In this document: positions 24,766 through 38,150 of the stretch, one piece after another
How the letters are laid out: the number at the start of each line of letters is the position of its first letter
Numbering within the stretch: position 1 is the stretch's first letter
Origin: Octopus bimaculoides
Lineage: Eukaryota
Length of the DNA stretch: 40,923 nt
Assembly (NCBI RefSeq): GCF_001194135.2
Contig: NC_068981.1
Span: forward strand, 99,073,353-99,114,275
Direction of reading: 5' to 3'
The notes under the pieces: model-generated
The model's database searches: none
Seen by the model: only the letters and a program-made list of their open reading frames with translations
Told to the model about the DNA's origin: nothing
Program-made: the position numbers and the translations under genes

Positions 24766-25194
24766 AATAACTGAGTCTGAATAAACAGGATAATGATGTT
24801 GTGGTTGAGATTGTTTGATGCTATTTAGCTCCATGTCAACTCTGATTAAGTAGACCTATGATCAAAAACAATCTAACATTGATCCTCCTGTTTGATTTTT
24901 ATTTTTTTCAGGTGATGTGTATATTATCAATTTATCTTTGCTTTGTTTTTTAAAGAAAATATAGTGTGGTTTAAAGGAGATTTAGCTGCCATTTCTAGTA
25001 ATTCAAGTGACCAGGGAGAGGCTTTCTCGTTAGTTTGAACTAATATCATCGTACTGCAGTATAAATTGCCTACCTTTACAGGGTTGACTATTGTAGAAGA
25101 TTCGAGTAAGTAAAAATTACTATTTATAGTATCAAATAGAGATCTCGTCGATGAAAAGATAAGTTCTAAGTCAAGTTAAAACTGCGTTGCTCTT

Positions 25195-25345
25195 TTATAG
25201 TAGTGTGGGGAAGAAATTAGCTTCGTATCTACGTGGGTTTTGGTTGAATTCCGTAGCGCAGCACCATGAGCAAGCGTCTGTATCAGCCACGGGTGAATCA
25301 AAACCTTAGGAATGAAAATTGGTTAAAGAAAACAGTGGAAGCTCA
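25195..25345 (+). mobile_element. SINE family 2, old degenerate head
   Basis: aagaaattagcttcg...gcagcaccatgagcaagcgtct...aattggttaaagaaaac parallels the family-2 head. Confidence 0.45.
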
Positions 25346-25487
25346 TCGAAGGAATCGTTCATATTCTTGAGTGGTAGACTTAATTTGTGTTTCCGTTAAA
25401 CATTACCTATTAGCCCATATTTTTAGTGGAGTGCGCCTTGTTACAAACATTCAGGACAAGTTTTGATGTATAAATATCAATATTAAT

Positions 25488-25702
25488 CGTTTACGTAGGT
25501 GCATGGCCTCAAAGTTTGGTGGCAGGGAACAGGCAGTTGTGTTGAACCACAATACTTGACTGGTGCTATATTTTATCAAGCCTAGAAGGATGAAAACCGT
25601 ACTTGACTTCGTCGGAGTATTAACAAAGAATGTAAAATTCCAGAACAAATACCACAAGGCATAATAGTATATAAGACGCTCTTTGTCAATTTTGTCAATC
25701 CA
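25488..25702 (-). mobile_element. SINE family 1, degenerate copy; likely donor of the insertion at 21524-21665
   Basis: acttgactggtgctatattttatcaagcctagaaggatgaaa is a diverged core; SINE-like sequence continues past the duplicated part (aaataccacaaggcat...gacgctc). Confidence 0.65.
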
Positions 25703-26107
25703 GGACTTTTCAAATATCGAACTTTATCATATTTTGTGTTCCGACGATAAGAATTCCGTCGTTCAGTCAACTGAACTACACACGTTAAATTCTACAGACA
25801 TGCTTGTGTAACTTTGACGTAATTCTTAGGCCGAATGAGTGTGACACAACATATGACAAGGCCGAACCTTTTAATTACAGGTACAATCCACGCAGTTTCC
25901 CTCAAACCAATTTCACAGCCAAGACTTGAACCAACCCAAAGTTATGATACTAGGCACCAGCATCTACTCCAGCATTTTATGATTTCAAGGCAAAATTCTT
26001 AATCATTCGGTCTTGTTTATGTGCAATGCTTACTTCTTGGAGACTTACGCGAAACATACTTAAATAATTTGCTAGTTCATACGATTGTTACGTAATAAAA
26101 CAATGTT

Positions 26108-26153
<46 letters not shown>

Positions 26154-27043
26154 ATTTATAGATTTCATTGAAGTACACCGGCAAGGAACCGCTGCTTCTC
26201 GCATGAAGTTCGTTGCACTAAAGCAACCCTTTGTCATTTTCGCAGTCTAATATAAACTTGCCCACAAATTGTGATATAAAATAAATCAATAAAATCATTC
26301 AAATCTTCTATCATAGAAAAAGAAAGTATGTAATATCTGAACCTCCACCGTCCCACCAAAAAGAACCCTCATATTTAGGACTGGAAGGCTTTTCATCATA
26401 ATCTGATCGCTCGGGGATTTGCTTAGAGCTAAACTACTACAACAAATTTATTACAAAACTTAAATGTTTTCTTATATGTGACTCAAAGCCATACATTTTG
26501 TGCCAGGAAAAAATCGATTAAAGCGTAACCATAACTTGACTGGTACTTTGGTACTTATTTTACCAAACCTAGACGAACGGCCGAAATATGAAGCCGACCT
26601 CGGAGGGATGGAAAAAATGCAAAGTAGCCCCTTGAGTAATTTGAATTCAAAAGAAATAAATACTGCAGAATATTTTGGTTTGCTGCACTGTCGATTATCA
26701 GATCCATCTTTCTAATAAACCTTCAATAAAATAATAAGTTTATCGAAATAATACATGAATAATGATGTTAAATTAATGTGAAACAGGATTTAGTTTTGAT
26801 CTTGTTCAATGAGTTAGGTGTTTAAACTATTTCAAAGTAAAGAAAATCACTTTGTCACGCTTGGATTGAAAATATTTTATACAGCTTGATGTTTAAACAA
26901 GTCTCGTATTAATCAAAATTTACATTTATGACATCTTTGAAAAATTTAACTGTAAATTCATGTTACATCACACTGTCAAAAAGCTTAATTGGTTGATCAA
27001 TTAGTCACCATTTGCAATCAATAGGTAATATATTTATATCTCC

Positions 27044-27257
27044 AAGGCGGTGAGCTGGAAGAAACGTTAGCACGCCGGGAGAAATGCTTAGTGGTATTTC
27101 GTCTGTATTTACGTTCCGAGTTCAAATTCCGTCGAGGTCGACTTTGCCTTTCATCCTTTCGGGGTCAATAAATTAAGTACCAGTTACGTACTGGGGTTGA
27201 TCTAATCGACTAGCTCCCTCCTCAAAAATTTCGGGTCTTATGCCTCGAGTGGAAAAG
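27044..27257 (+). mobile_element. SINE family 1, full length with TSD
   Basis: Complete head, core and tail; TSD aatatattta(t/c)atctcc at 27027-27043 and 27258-27274 (16/17 match). Confidence 0.9.
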
Positions 27258-29929
27258 AATATATTTACATCTCCGAAATTATCACATACTTGAATTTCTT
27301 ATTTAATTTTTAATCGATTGTTTTCAATTTTGCTGCACAGATTTACAGGATCTGAGAATCAGTTGTCTATATGGTTCAAATCATACAGACAACTTGCAAA
27401 GTTGCGCATAACATTTTGTGTTATACGCATTTGTTTTTCACTATTTCAGTATGATTTTTTTTTTGTTACTATATAGTTGTTGTTACTTGCACTTTTTCAT
27501 TGTGTTGCATTCTACAGATCCCAAATAGAGATCCTATCCTAGGAGTTTTGAATTGCTCTCTACTTTTCCAAGTACTGGTCCTGATATTAAACTAGAATAA
27601 TTACACAGTTTGGGTTGATAATCTTACATGTTAAGAACTCAGTTTGACGCCTATCTATCTATCTATATCTATATGTATATGTGTATGTGTGTGTGTGTGT
27701 GCGCGTAATTCAGAAAACTTACAATAATTGGGTCACTATTGACCCAGATCNNNNNNNNNNNNNNNNNNNNNNNNNNNNNNNNNNNNNNNNNNNNNNNNNN
27801 NNNNNNNNNNNNNNNNNNNNNNNNNNNNNNNNNNNNNNNNNNNNNNNNNNGAGAGAGAGAGAGAGAGAGTATATATGAAATACTCCTAAATGATTTACAT
27901 ATACCTGTAGCAATATGTGATGTTAAGTTGTTAGAGTATTGATGGTGAGTCCCTATGCATTAGACGGCAGGGCCATCCATATCGAAACCATGTTCATAAA
28001 ATTAGTTAATCTGTGGAAGATTCATTCAGTCGATGTGTTACCTATGTAGAGAATATGGTCTCAAATATTTGAGAGTTGTCTTGGCTATGAACACAATCTA
28101 GAGCTTGAGACACTTCATAAACTACTTCAGTTTTTAGCCTGACAATCTAACTACTAATCGTTCATCAGTTTGCATCAATCGGATAATTAGTGGATTATAA
28201 AGCTATATTTTTTAAAAAGTACGATAACACTTGATGAAATTCTACTACGAATTATGATATTTCTGGAGAGCCACAACAACCGATTACAGTCAGCGACATG
28301 AACCAATGAAGAAGCATTTATGTTGTCTCTCGATTAGAAATAGTAGTGTTATGTCCTTCAAGTTACAGCCAAGATGCGTTAGGTTATAAAGTCTGAGGCG
28401 TAGACGTCTGGTCAGTGTTATAATTGATATGGTGTTTACAAACATCCTTGTGGAAACTTCAACAACTTTTCAAGTACGTATCAAAATAATCTCGAAGCAA
28501 ATTATATATTTTTTTCTAATTTATTGATGCCATCAAACCATATTTCTGATAATTTATAATAAATTACTGTTTAATTTTAACTGGTAACATTGCTTGGACA
28601 AGTATCAAACTATTTTTTATGAGTTCATGAGAATCATGCATTTGCTTCAATGAAACTTTTTCTTCATCAACTGGAATTTCCACAGATCTTTAGGACAGTC
28701 AATCTATACGTTGATTGCAAATATTCGCTAGAGCTTTTCAATGATAATTGTGGCTATATGATTGACCAAACTCAACAAATTATTCAATATCTTAATTTTC
28801 AAGCTTGACTTTTTCCTTTCCTCAGAGCAAATATGATGCACTATCTCTGCGTGTTTAATTATATGCTGTTGTATTCTTAACACCATATCCTGCAGTAAAT
28901 GGATTCACAATCTTCTCGTTGTTCATCTGCACACACTACACGTATAAGAGTGCAAATTTCTTGTATGTCCCTCTACTTGCATGGCTCTCTTGTGTAAAAC
29001 AAGTACTTGTTTGAAACAAGCTCTTGTCGCTTTTAGATTGACTGTCGTCATCCATAAGTAAACACAACATTGAAGATATAGATCAAATGAAATGAATTCA
29101 GATTTTAAAGGAATTTAAAACCATTTCAACCACAGATTTACCTACTATATTTTATCTAAATATCTACAATCTAATTTATTCCATAATTTTTAATATACTT
29201 TTAAGTCATTTTAATTTTCTTGCTTTTAATTTTCGAAATTATGTTAATTTGCTTCGAGGTTATTTTAATTTGTGTAAAGATTATTTAATTCGTACATAGA
29301 AGGGTATAGTTTAGTTGTGATTTAGCTATTATAGATGCAGAAAGCACCGCGTACCTCCCTCGAACAATACGCTGAGAACAAAACGTAAAACATGATCTTT
29401 TCCCAATACGCAAGGATGAGTACGAAGAACTCAATTTGAAACACGTTAAAAGTTTTGAAACCGTGTAATTTAACCAAACAAAATGTGTGTATGTGTCTGC
29501 GTGACCATTTCACACTAGAATGATATAAAATAAATACGAGGCATGATATATGAATATTTTCTAATTTATTTTCTATCTCCACCTTTTAGCTATTGTCGTA
29601 TTTAACTCCACCTATTTGATGTCAGTAAAATTGCTTTGAGAATAACGAATCAACTGTAAAAGTGAACAGTTCCATCACACGTTGTTGTCTATAACGTGAC
29701 GAGAACTAATCCTGCCAAACCAGAATTACTCCGTTTATAACTCGTTTCACGACCTTTGCCTGGCGTAAATATCTGAAAATCATCAGCGGATGTACTTTAT
29801 CGTTTACTTCTTTAATTGTGGATCCTGCTGCGTTTGTCGTCAGAGAGACAGGACTTTGTGTGAATGTTAGTATGAGTACAAGATAATACACATAGAACAA
29901 CCATATGTATGTATTCACACATATACATA

Positions 29930-30578
<649 letters not shown>

Positions 30579-31849
30579 CGAAGTGTGTGAAGCATCAGTT
30601 CTACCGATTTTCTTGCCTTATCCTCACTTTCGAAGCATATACTCTCGAACATCCTCCCAATATCATCAGGGGAAACATGACCTTAGGGCTTCTTCAGCTA
30701 TTATTTTGAGGGTGTGATAAGCCGAATTGGTTTCCAAATACCTTCTCTCGGAGTAGTGCTGTAATATAATTCAAGGGTCATAGATAGGGGCATTGATAAA
30801 GAGGTTGATTCTTAAATTATTGACACCTAAACCCTGAGTCGGTTAAGGGAGCATACAACTTTCCAGACATCGGCCGGAGCTCCTAACTCTTCTTTTGAGG
30901 GGCATATAGAAGCTCCGAGTTTTGGAAAACAGGGATGTCACCCCTGTTTTCCTTTTACTGCATAAAATCGTTTGGTAAGAAGCATTTTCTTTGTCGACAT
31001 GATTTTACCACATTCTCTCTTTTGCTTGGGGTAGACTCATGTCCAACATCTCCGCTAGGTTTGCTTCGCGAGCAAATGATGACTTGCTGTTGTTGGTGTG
31101 CTCGTTATTTTTTACATTTTGTCATATAACTCTGTGTAACATGATTTTTGTCCTTGAATAGCAACTCTTACTTCCTATTTGCTTACCCCTACAAAGTATG
31201 AAAAATTGCTAATATTTCCTTCAAACTTTGCTTTTGTTACATTTATTCAAACTCCCAAAAAATACCTTGCAACACATGGCTATGATACTCTTCCACTACT
31301 CCTGCTCATGATTAGAGATGCACATATAGTCAGGCATTGAGAGACATGCTCAAGTGGTTTTGGTGAAGCAACTGGCAAGCAAATCTGTGGTATTGAGCTG
31401 AATATTTGCTCTAACGATATTTGTACTTGAGCAACTCAGCGCTGAATCTGTCTGAAATGTAATGGAAAATAGGTCAGTTTCAAAACATTGATGCCTAGGC
31501 GACTAAAGCAAAGTTTGAAGGGACTAGTAGTGATTTCCTTTGATTTCTAGATAGAAGCAAATAGGAAATAACACTTACTGACCAAAAACGAAAAAGTAAA
31601 GATTTTGTCATGCAGGGTAATTTACGTTTTCACTACTATTAGTGTGCTTTTCGAATTAAATGCTTGTGCACAAAATTATGTCTACTTACTTAATGGTCAT
31701 GTTTGCTGTTTTACTTTTAGTCTACCTTTGTATTTATAATTCTTTTTGGTGTCTGTGCGTGTGTGTGCGTGTGGTGGTGGTGGGGGGGCCTATACACTCT
31801 TCTCAATATTGTGAATGCTATTACTACTCTGACTATCGCTTATTCCCAC

Positions 31850-32100
31850 TACAACGAAAGCACTCATTTTCAAAGAAACAACCACTTCCTTCCATCCAGT
31901 CAATGCAACATGTGCAACCGTTAACTCAGACAAGCTTTTTCTCTCTCCGTTCTTTTTCACCTCTTTCCATCTGCTTTCTCTCTTCATTCCTTTCTTCAGA
32001 AGGGCGTAGATTCGAAACGTCAAAAACTTCCATTTTTCTTGAGCGTTAACTTAATGCATATTGTTTGTTGTTCTCTCACCTGTCTCTCTTTTGTTTTTTT
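31850..32100 (+). mobile_element. Possible Penelope-like element terminal remnant
   Basis: cttcagaagggcgtagattcgaaacgt...ttcttgagcgtt; similar to 3560-3690. Confidence 0.3.
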
Positions 32101-32125
32101 GTTGTTGCTTGTACAATGTTAAACC

Positions 32126-32170
<45 letters not shown>

Positions 32171-32978
32171 NNNNNNNNNNNNNNNNNNNNNNNNNNNNNN
32201 NNNNNNNNNNNNNNNNNNNNNNNNNNNNNNNNNNNNNNNNNNNNNNNNNNNNNNNNNNNNNNNNNNNNNNNNNNNNNNNNNNNNNNNNNNNNNNNNNNNN
32301 NNNNNNNNNNNNNNNNNNNNNNNNNNNNNNNNNNNNNNNNNNNNNNNNNNNNNNNNNNNNNNNNNNNNNNNNNNNNNNNNNNNNNNNNNNNNNNNNNNNN
32401 NNNNNNNNNNNNNNNNNNNNNNNNNNNNNNNNNNNNNNNNNNNNNNNNNNNNNNNNNNNNNNNNNNNNNNNNNNNNNNNNNNNNNNNNNNNNNNNNNNNN
32501 NNNNNNNNNNNNNNNNNNNNNNNNNNNNNNNNNNNNNNNNNNNNNNNNNNNNNNNNNNNNNNNNNNNNNNNNNNNNNNNNNNNNNNNNNNNNNNNNNNNN
32601 NNNNNNNNNNNNNNNNNNNNNNNNNNNNNNNNNNNNNNNNNNNNNNNNNNNNNNNNNNNNNNNNNNNNNNNNNNNNNNNNNNNNNNNNNNNNNNNNNNNN
32701 NNNNNNNNNNNNNNNNNNNNNNNNNNNNNNNNNNNNNNNNNNNNNNNNNNNNNNNNNNNNNNNNNNNNNNNNNNNNNNNNNNNNNNNNNNNNNNNNNNNN
32801 NNNNNNNNNNNNNNNNNNNNNNNNNNNNNNNNNNNNNNNNNNNNNNNNNNNNNNNNNNNNNNNNNNNNNNNNNNNNNNNNNNNNNNNNNNNNNNNNNNNN
32901 NNNNNNNNNNNNNNNNNNNNNNNNNNNNNNNNNNNNNNNNNNNNNNNNNNNNNNNNNNNNNNNNNNNNNNNNNNNNNN

Positions 32979-33124
32979 CATCGACTCCAGTGCTAAACTG
33001 GTAATTATTTTATCGACCCCGAAAGGATGAAAGGAAAAGTGGACCTAGGTGGAATGTAAAGATGGACGAAATGCCGCTAAGCATTTTGAGCAGCGTGCTA
33101 ACTTTGCTGCCAGCTCGCCGCCCT
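32979..33124 (-). mobile_element. SINE family 1 (3' end in gap)
   Basis: ttatcgaccccgaaaggatgaaagg...gctgccagctcgccgcc. Confidence 0.85.
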
Positions 33125-33147
33125 AATAATAATATTTTCTACTGGAA

Positions 33148-33344
33148 GCACAAGGCCTCAAAATTGGAAGGGATTAAGTCGATTGCATCGACCTCAGTGC
33201 GTAACTGGTACTTATTTAATCGACCCCGAAAGGATGAAAGGCAAAGTCGACCTCGGCGGAATTTGAACTCAGAACGTAAGGACGGACGAAATGCCGCTAA
33301 GCATTTTGCCCGGCGTGTTAAGGATTGTGTCAGCTCACTGCCTT
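33148..33344 (-). mobile_element. SINE family 1
   Basis: Core plus head cagctcactgcctt. Confidence 0.88.
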
Positions 33345-33356
33345 CATAATTATAGT

Positions 33357-33571
33357 AATGGTTTCAAATTTTGCCAGAAGGGCAACAATTCCGGGCAGGA
33401 GATGAGTCGATTACATCGGCTCCAGTGTTCAACTGGTACTTATTCTTCGACCCCGAAAGGATGAAAGGTGAAGTCGACCTCGGCGGAATTTGAATTCAGA
33501 ACATATTAGCAGACGAAATACCGCTAAGCATTTCATCCAGTGAGCTAACGGTTCTACCAGCTCGCTGCCTT
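33357..33571 (-). mobile_element. SINE family 1
   Basis: Tail aatggtttcaaatttt through head ccagctcgctgcctt. Confidence 0.88.
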
Positions 33572-33608
33572 CTTGATAATTATAATGATAATAATGATTA
33601 TTATGCCT

Positions 33609-33815
33609 AGGCAGTGAGCTGGCAGAAACGTTAGCACGCCGGGCGAATTGCTTAGCGTCTGTCTTTACGTTCTGTGTTCAGATTGCACCGAGGTCGACTT
33701 TGCCTTTCATCCTTTCGGGGTCGATAAATTAAGTACCAGTTGTGTACTGGGTCGATCTAATCGACTGGCCCCCTCACCCAAAATTCCGGGCCTTGTGCCT
33801 AGAGAAGAAAAGAAT
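33609..33815 (+). mobile_element. SINE family 1
   Basis: Head aggcagtgagctggcagaaacgttagc through tail agaagaaaagaat. Confidence 0.88.
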
Positions 33816-34168
33816 ATAATGTTGATGATAATTTCAAACGTACAAGGCTGAAAATTATATGAGGCAGGAACCATCGATTACATCGATCAGGACTTAACTA
33901 AATACCAGTCAAGTTCCAGGGTCGATATAATTGACTCTTCCCACCACAACCATCACCGCCAAATTTCCGGCCTTGTTTCATTGTTAGAATTTGCCAGAGA
34001 AATTAATTGGTACCGTTAAAGGAAATATGCAAGATCGGCGTAACAACAAACGTGACAGGTTCAATCTCTGATTCAAGGGTTTCCCGTTCAGTTTTCATCT
34101 TCCCAATTTTACAAAGATTAGATTGAACCAATGCTACGGTAAAAAAAAAGTTAATGCTAACTGATGTA

Positions 34169-34375
34169 AGGGCGGCAAGCTCGCAGAATCGTTAGCACGA
34201 CGAGCAAATATGCTTAGCGGCATTTCGTCCGTCTTTACGTTCTGAGTTCAAATTTCGCCGGGGTCGATTTTGCCTTTTCTCCTTTCGGGGTCGATAAAAT
34301 AAGTACCAGTTGATGTAATCGACTAGTCCCCTCCCCCGAAATTGCTGGCCTTATGCCGAAATTTGAAATCAATAT
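34169..34375 (+). mobile_element. SINE family 1 with TSD
   Basis: Exact 11-bp TSD taactgatgta at 34158-34168 and 34376-34386. Confidence 0.88.
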
Positions 34376-36780
34376 TAACTGATGTATCTGTTAAAAGTAT
34401 CTTTTACTTGCCTCAGGTGCCGTACAATAGGTTCGATCGCAAACCCTCATTATCGCAAAGCTAATTTCTTAACTATTCGGCACCCCTGCACACCTATAAG
34501 GAAATAGAGCATGGTACTTATTGCCATGCAACAGAGACATTAGTATATCTTTAGTTTAGCTCTGATAATCAGGAACTTCTAGACCAGGTGTGCTATTGTT
34601 TCTGTAATAGACAAGGACAATATTTCTCTCTCTCTCTCTCTGTATCTTTGTCTCTCTTCCTCCCTCTTTCCCACCATTTATACCAACCACATTATCCTTT
34701 TAATCATCAATTCAATGGACTTCGTGCATGTAAAATGAAGAGCTTGGGAACTAGGATACGCTAAAAGAAAGTTTTTTTATAAAAAGTGACGTGTGTCCTT
34801 ATAGCTCGTTGCTCAGGGTTTACGTTTATGAATGGAGTCTTTATAGAGTTTACTCACAAAGCAACATACACTCAAATACACACATACACACATGCGCGCG
34901 CGCGTGCATACATACGCACAAACATCGATTAAACAAACGAACGAATGAAAGAATGAATGAATGAATAAATGAATGAATGAATGAATGAATTGAGCAATGA
35001 ATGAATGTTTTAGTAGATTCATTCTACTACTAATCTTGTTGATTTAATAAACTTGCTGAAGCCTAACGTTGTTTAAAGAATGAAGAAAGGGAAAAGAAAA
35101 AGACAGATGTTTGAAAAATAAATATGGCCTACTATTGTTGTTAAGTTGCTGTTGCTGCTGTTAATTTTGCTGCTGCTGTAGCCATTGTTATTATAAATAA
35201 ATATTATAAAGAAATCATTATGATTATTATTATTATTGAAGGCGGTGAAGTGGTATAGAGCGGCAGAGCGATGAATGAAATGCTTTTCGGTATTTAGTTA
35301 TGTCCCTTTATGCTCTTCAAATCCTGCCGGGATCGATGTGTGTGAATGTGCGTATAAGCGTGCGTGTGGGTCTATGTGTGTTTCCTTGAGCGTGTGTCAC
35401 TTTGTGGGAATAACTGCATAAAGACATTATTCATAAATGTGAACTCTAAGCAACGAGACACAAGAACACGCGTTATTTAGGATACAAAAAAAAAACAACC
35501 TTTTTTTTTGTTTTTGACGAATCCTGTTTCCCACGCTCTTCATTTTGTATGCACGAAATTCATTGAATTAGTAACTAAAATGATAATTACGTCCCTTTAT
35601 GTTCTGAGTTCAAATCCTACCGGATATGATTTTTTACCTTTAAAATGTTGTATTGCAAGAATTCAGGAAGAGTTGAATATGAATGACTTTGGAGAAGAAA
35701 TATCCGCCTAGGAAAGGACATACAGGTTGTGGTCGAAGAGAGGAGACATCTGTTCGTTAGCTATGGCACTGTGGACGAGGCAATTTCTTTCTCAAATCTT
35801 GGAGCTGCGACTGGTGGTACCCTGGAAACATCAACCACTGAAACCTACTGTTGTTTGCTTTCTCTATTTCTCTGCCTTTCCAACTCCTTCACAAACTCTC
35901 ACATTGGTCATGCTGCTAAATATGTAACAGTTAAGCTTTCTGCTCTGCAACACCAATATTATTGTCTTTCTCCCTGCAACCACAATGAGACACAACTCCA
36001 AGATTACTCTACGGTGTTCAGGCATCATCAGCGCAGTTTCACATGTCATTCTGTGTTATTTCGGTTGTCAGCGCCTGCATATATTCCATTGCGAAAGTAA
36101 CAGGGAAATCAAAATCATTATCACCACCAATGTTCTGTGCTCACATCCTCATGTTATTACTTCGGCATTAAATTTTGATCAGGTGTGTGGTATACCAGTT
36201 CAGTCTGCTTTCTTACCTCGTTCTCAATTTCGAAAAGGAGACATACACTCCCACATGCTCCAACTCTATAAACAGAGTACTTATAATGTCAAACATTGTC
36301 TGAGGCTATCTTCATCTCTTCCTTTGAAGGCATGTGGAAGCCATCTCCATCCTTCAGAAGTAGTCATGTCACTTTTCTCCTCTGTAAGAAGACACGCTTT
36401 TGTGACGTACTTCGGTCACGCTTTTGTGACATACTACTACCACGTTTCTTTCTTACTCTAAATTCGGATGTCTGCAACCTCTCTAAAATCTCTCTTTGGC
36501 TTGTATTGCTTGTATTGTTAGTATACTTGTTAATATCGCATCATTTTCTCTGGTACACCTATTGTTTCTAGTTGTTTGTAACCTGTAGCGTAAAAATATT
36601 GTTTCTAGTTTGTCACCTGTAGCGTATAACTGGGGATCATTTATTCCTAAAAAAAAAAAAAAAATGATTGATTCTCCTACTATGTTATTTGTGTCCAAGA
36701 TTAGCATTGTTTAACGTGTTAATATCTGGGGTCAGTCCTGTTTAACTTGTATTACAAACTGCCTTGTGATATTTGTTCAT

Positions 36781-36936
36781 GCTCTTTACGTTATGAGTTC
36801 AAATTCCGCCGAGGCTGACTTCGCCTTTCTTCCTTTCAGAGTAGATAAAATAAGTATCAGATGACCACTGGAGTATATAATGGACTTACTCCTACCCCTA
36901 AAATTGCTGACTTTGCATCAAAATTTGAAACCAATA
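36781..36936 (+). mobile_element. SINE family 1, 5'-truncated
   Basis: tctttacgttatgagttcaaattccgccgagg...aaatttgaaaccaat. Confidence 0.75.
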
Positions 36937-36977
36937 TCATCATCATTTTAATAATGATAATAATAATAATAATAATA

Positions 36978-37024
<47 letters not shown>

Positions 37025-37052
37025 CATCATCATCATCATCATCATTATTATT
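36936..37052. repeat. (ATC)n/(AAT)n/(ATT)n/(ATC)n compound microsatellite with a palindromic centre
   Basis: (AAT)n switches to (ATT)n between 36978 and 36979. Confidence 0.95.
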
Positions 37053-37212
37053 CGTCTACCGCTACGTTCAGAATTCAAATTCTGCCGAGGTCAACTTTGC
37101 CTTTCATCCTTTCGGGGTCGATGAAACAAGTACCAATTACGCACTGGGGTCTATGTAATCGACTAGCCCCTTTCCCCAAAACTTTTCAAGGCCTTGTGCC
37201 TAGTGTAGAAAT
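37053..37212 (+). mobile_element. SINE family 1, 5'-truncated
   Basis: Core plus ggccttgtgcctagtgtagaaat tail. Confidence 0.8.
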
Positions 37213-37246
37213 AATAATTATTTTTATTAATATTGTTATTAGTAAG

Positions 37247-37679
37247 AAGGCGGTGAGCTGGCAGAAACGTTAGCACGCCGGGAGAAATGCTTAGCGGTAT
37301 TTCGTCTGCCGTTACGTTCTGAGTTCAAATTCCGCCGAGGTCGACTTTGTCTTTCATCCTTTCGGGGTCGATAAATTAAGTACCAGTTACGCACTGGGGT
37401 CGATGTAATTGACATAATCCCTTTGTCTGTTCTTGTTTGTCCCCTCTATGTTTAGCTCTTTGTGGGCAATAAAGAAATAAGAAACGTTAGCACGCCGGGC
37501 GAAATACTTGGCGATATTTCGTCTGTCTTTACGCTCTGAGTTCAAATTCCGCCGAGATCGACTTTGCCTTTTATTCTTTCGGGGTCGATAAATTAAGTAC
37601 CATTTGCGTACTGGGTCGATGTAATCGACTGGCCTCCTCCCCCAAAATTTCGGGCCTTGTGCCTATAGTAGAAAAGAAT
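37247..37679 (+). mobile_element. SINE family 1 dimer: full copy with a long tail (to 37479) fused to a copy lacking the first ~14 nt
   Basis: Junction ...gggcaataaagaaata|agaaacgttagcacgccggg near 37480. Confidence 0.88.
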
Positions 37680-37689
37680 AGTATTGTTA

Positions 37690-37885
37690 AGGTGGCGGAA
37701 TCGTTAACACGCCGGGTAGAATGCTTAGCGGCATTTCATCTGTCTTTACATTCTGAGTTCAAATTCTGCCAAGGTCGACTTTGCCTTTCATCCTTCCGGT
37801 GTTGATCAGTTAAGCACCGGGGTCGATTCTATCGATTAGCCACTTCTGACGAAATTTCAGGCCATGTGCCTATAGTATAAAGAAT
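37690..37885 (+). mobile_element. SINE family 1 with TSD
   Basis: 8-bp TSD tattgtta at 37682-37689 and 37886-37893. Confidence 0.82.
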
Positions 37886-37974
37886 TATTGTTACTGTTGT
37901 TGTGCTATACTTCTTGTTTTATACCCTGTAGGGCCGAATCCAAACTGCATCAAGCCCTATAGGGAAAATATCAC

Positions 37975-38150
37975 TTGATCGACAGAACGTTGTAAATTAA
38001 ATATTCCAACTCGTGTGGTCTTCTGGGTTGCAGAAATATTGATGCTACTCGGTTGATGAGCTTTTCCAGTTCCTTTTTCATGAGTTGTACTTCTCCAATG
38101 ACTACTGGTATTATCTCAGTTTCCATATTCCACATCCAGTTGATCCTGCA
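37975..38150 (-). mobile_element. 3' fragment of an RLE-type non-LTR retrotransposon (R4/NeSL/CRE-like)
   Basis: Minus strand reads WMWNMETEIIPVVIG...MKKELEKLI, then after a frameshift NISATQK...G...LQRSV. This resembles the recalled RLE C-terminal motif R(L/M)WxxxTxxIPxxIGALG...IQKxALLGTAHILRxxL. Confidence 0.55.

Noticed and set aside
28861-28980. Cys-rich or PLA2-like fragments on the minus strand (CADEQREDCESIYCRIWC; IVNPFTAGYGVKNTTAY)
   Set aside because: Motifs are in different frames, closed by stops, and lack WCG or CCxxHD; likely chance or an unrecognisable fossil.
29706-29905. Minus-strand stretch resembling a signal peptide plus mature sequence (WLFYVYYLVLILTFTQSPVSL...)
   Set aside because: No nearby in-frame ATG or clear acceptor, no family motif recognised, and it abuts microsatellite. 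RNA-seq coverage would be needed to revive it.
35727-36571. Overlapping ORFs of 66-158 aa
   Set aside because: No recognisable domain or splice structure; pyrimidine bias suggests an antisense LINE remnant, but I could not match motifs.
36393-36630. Short tandem duplications (cacgcttttgtgac twice; gtttctagt...acctgtagcgta twice), also taatagggacac twice near 9143
   Set aside because: Two-copy local slippage events with no sign of function.
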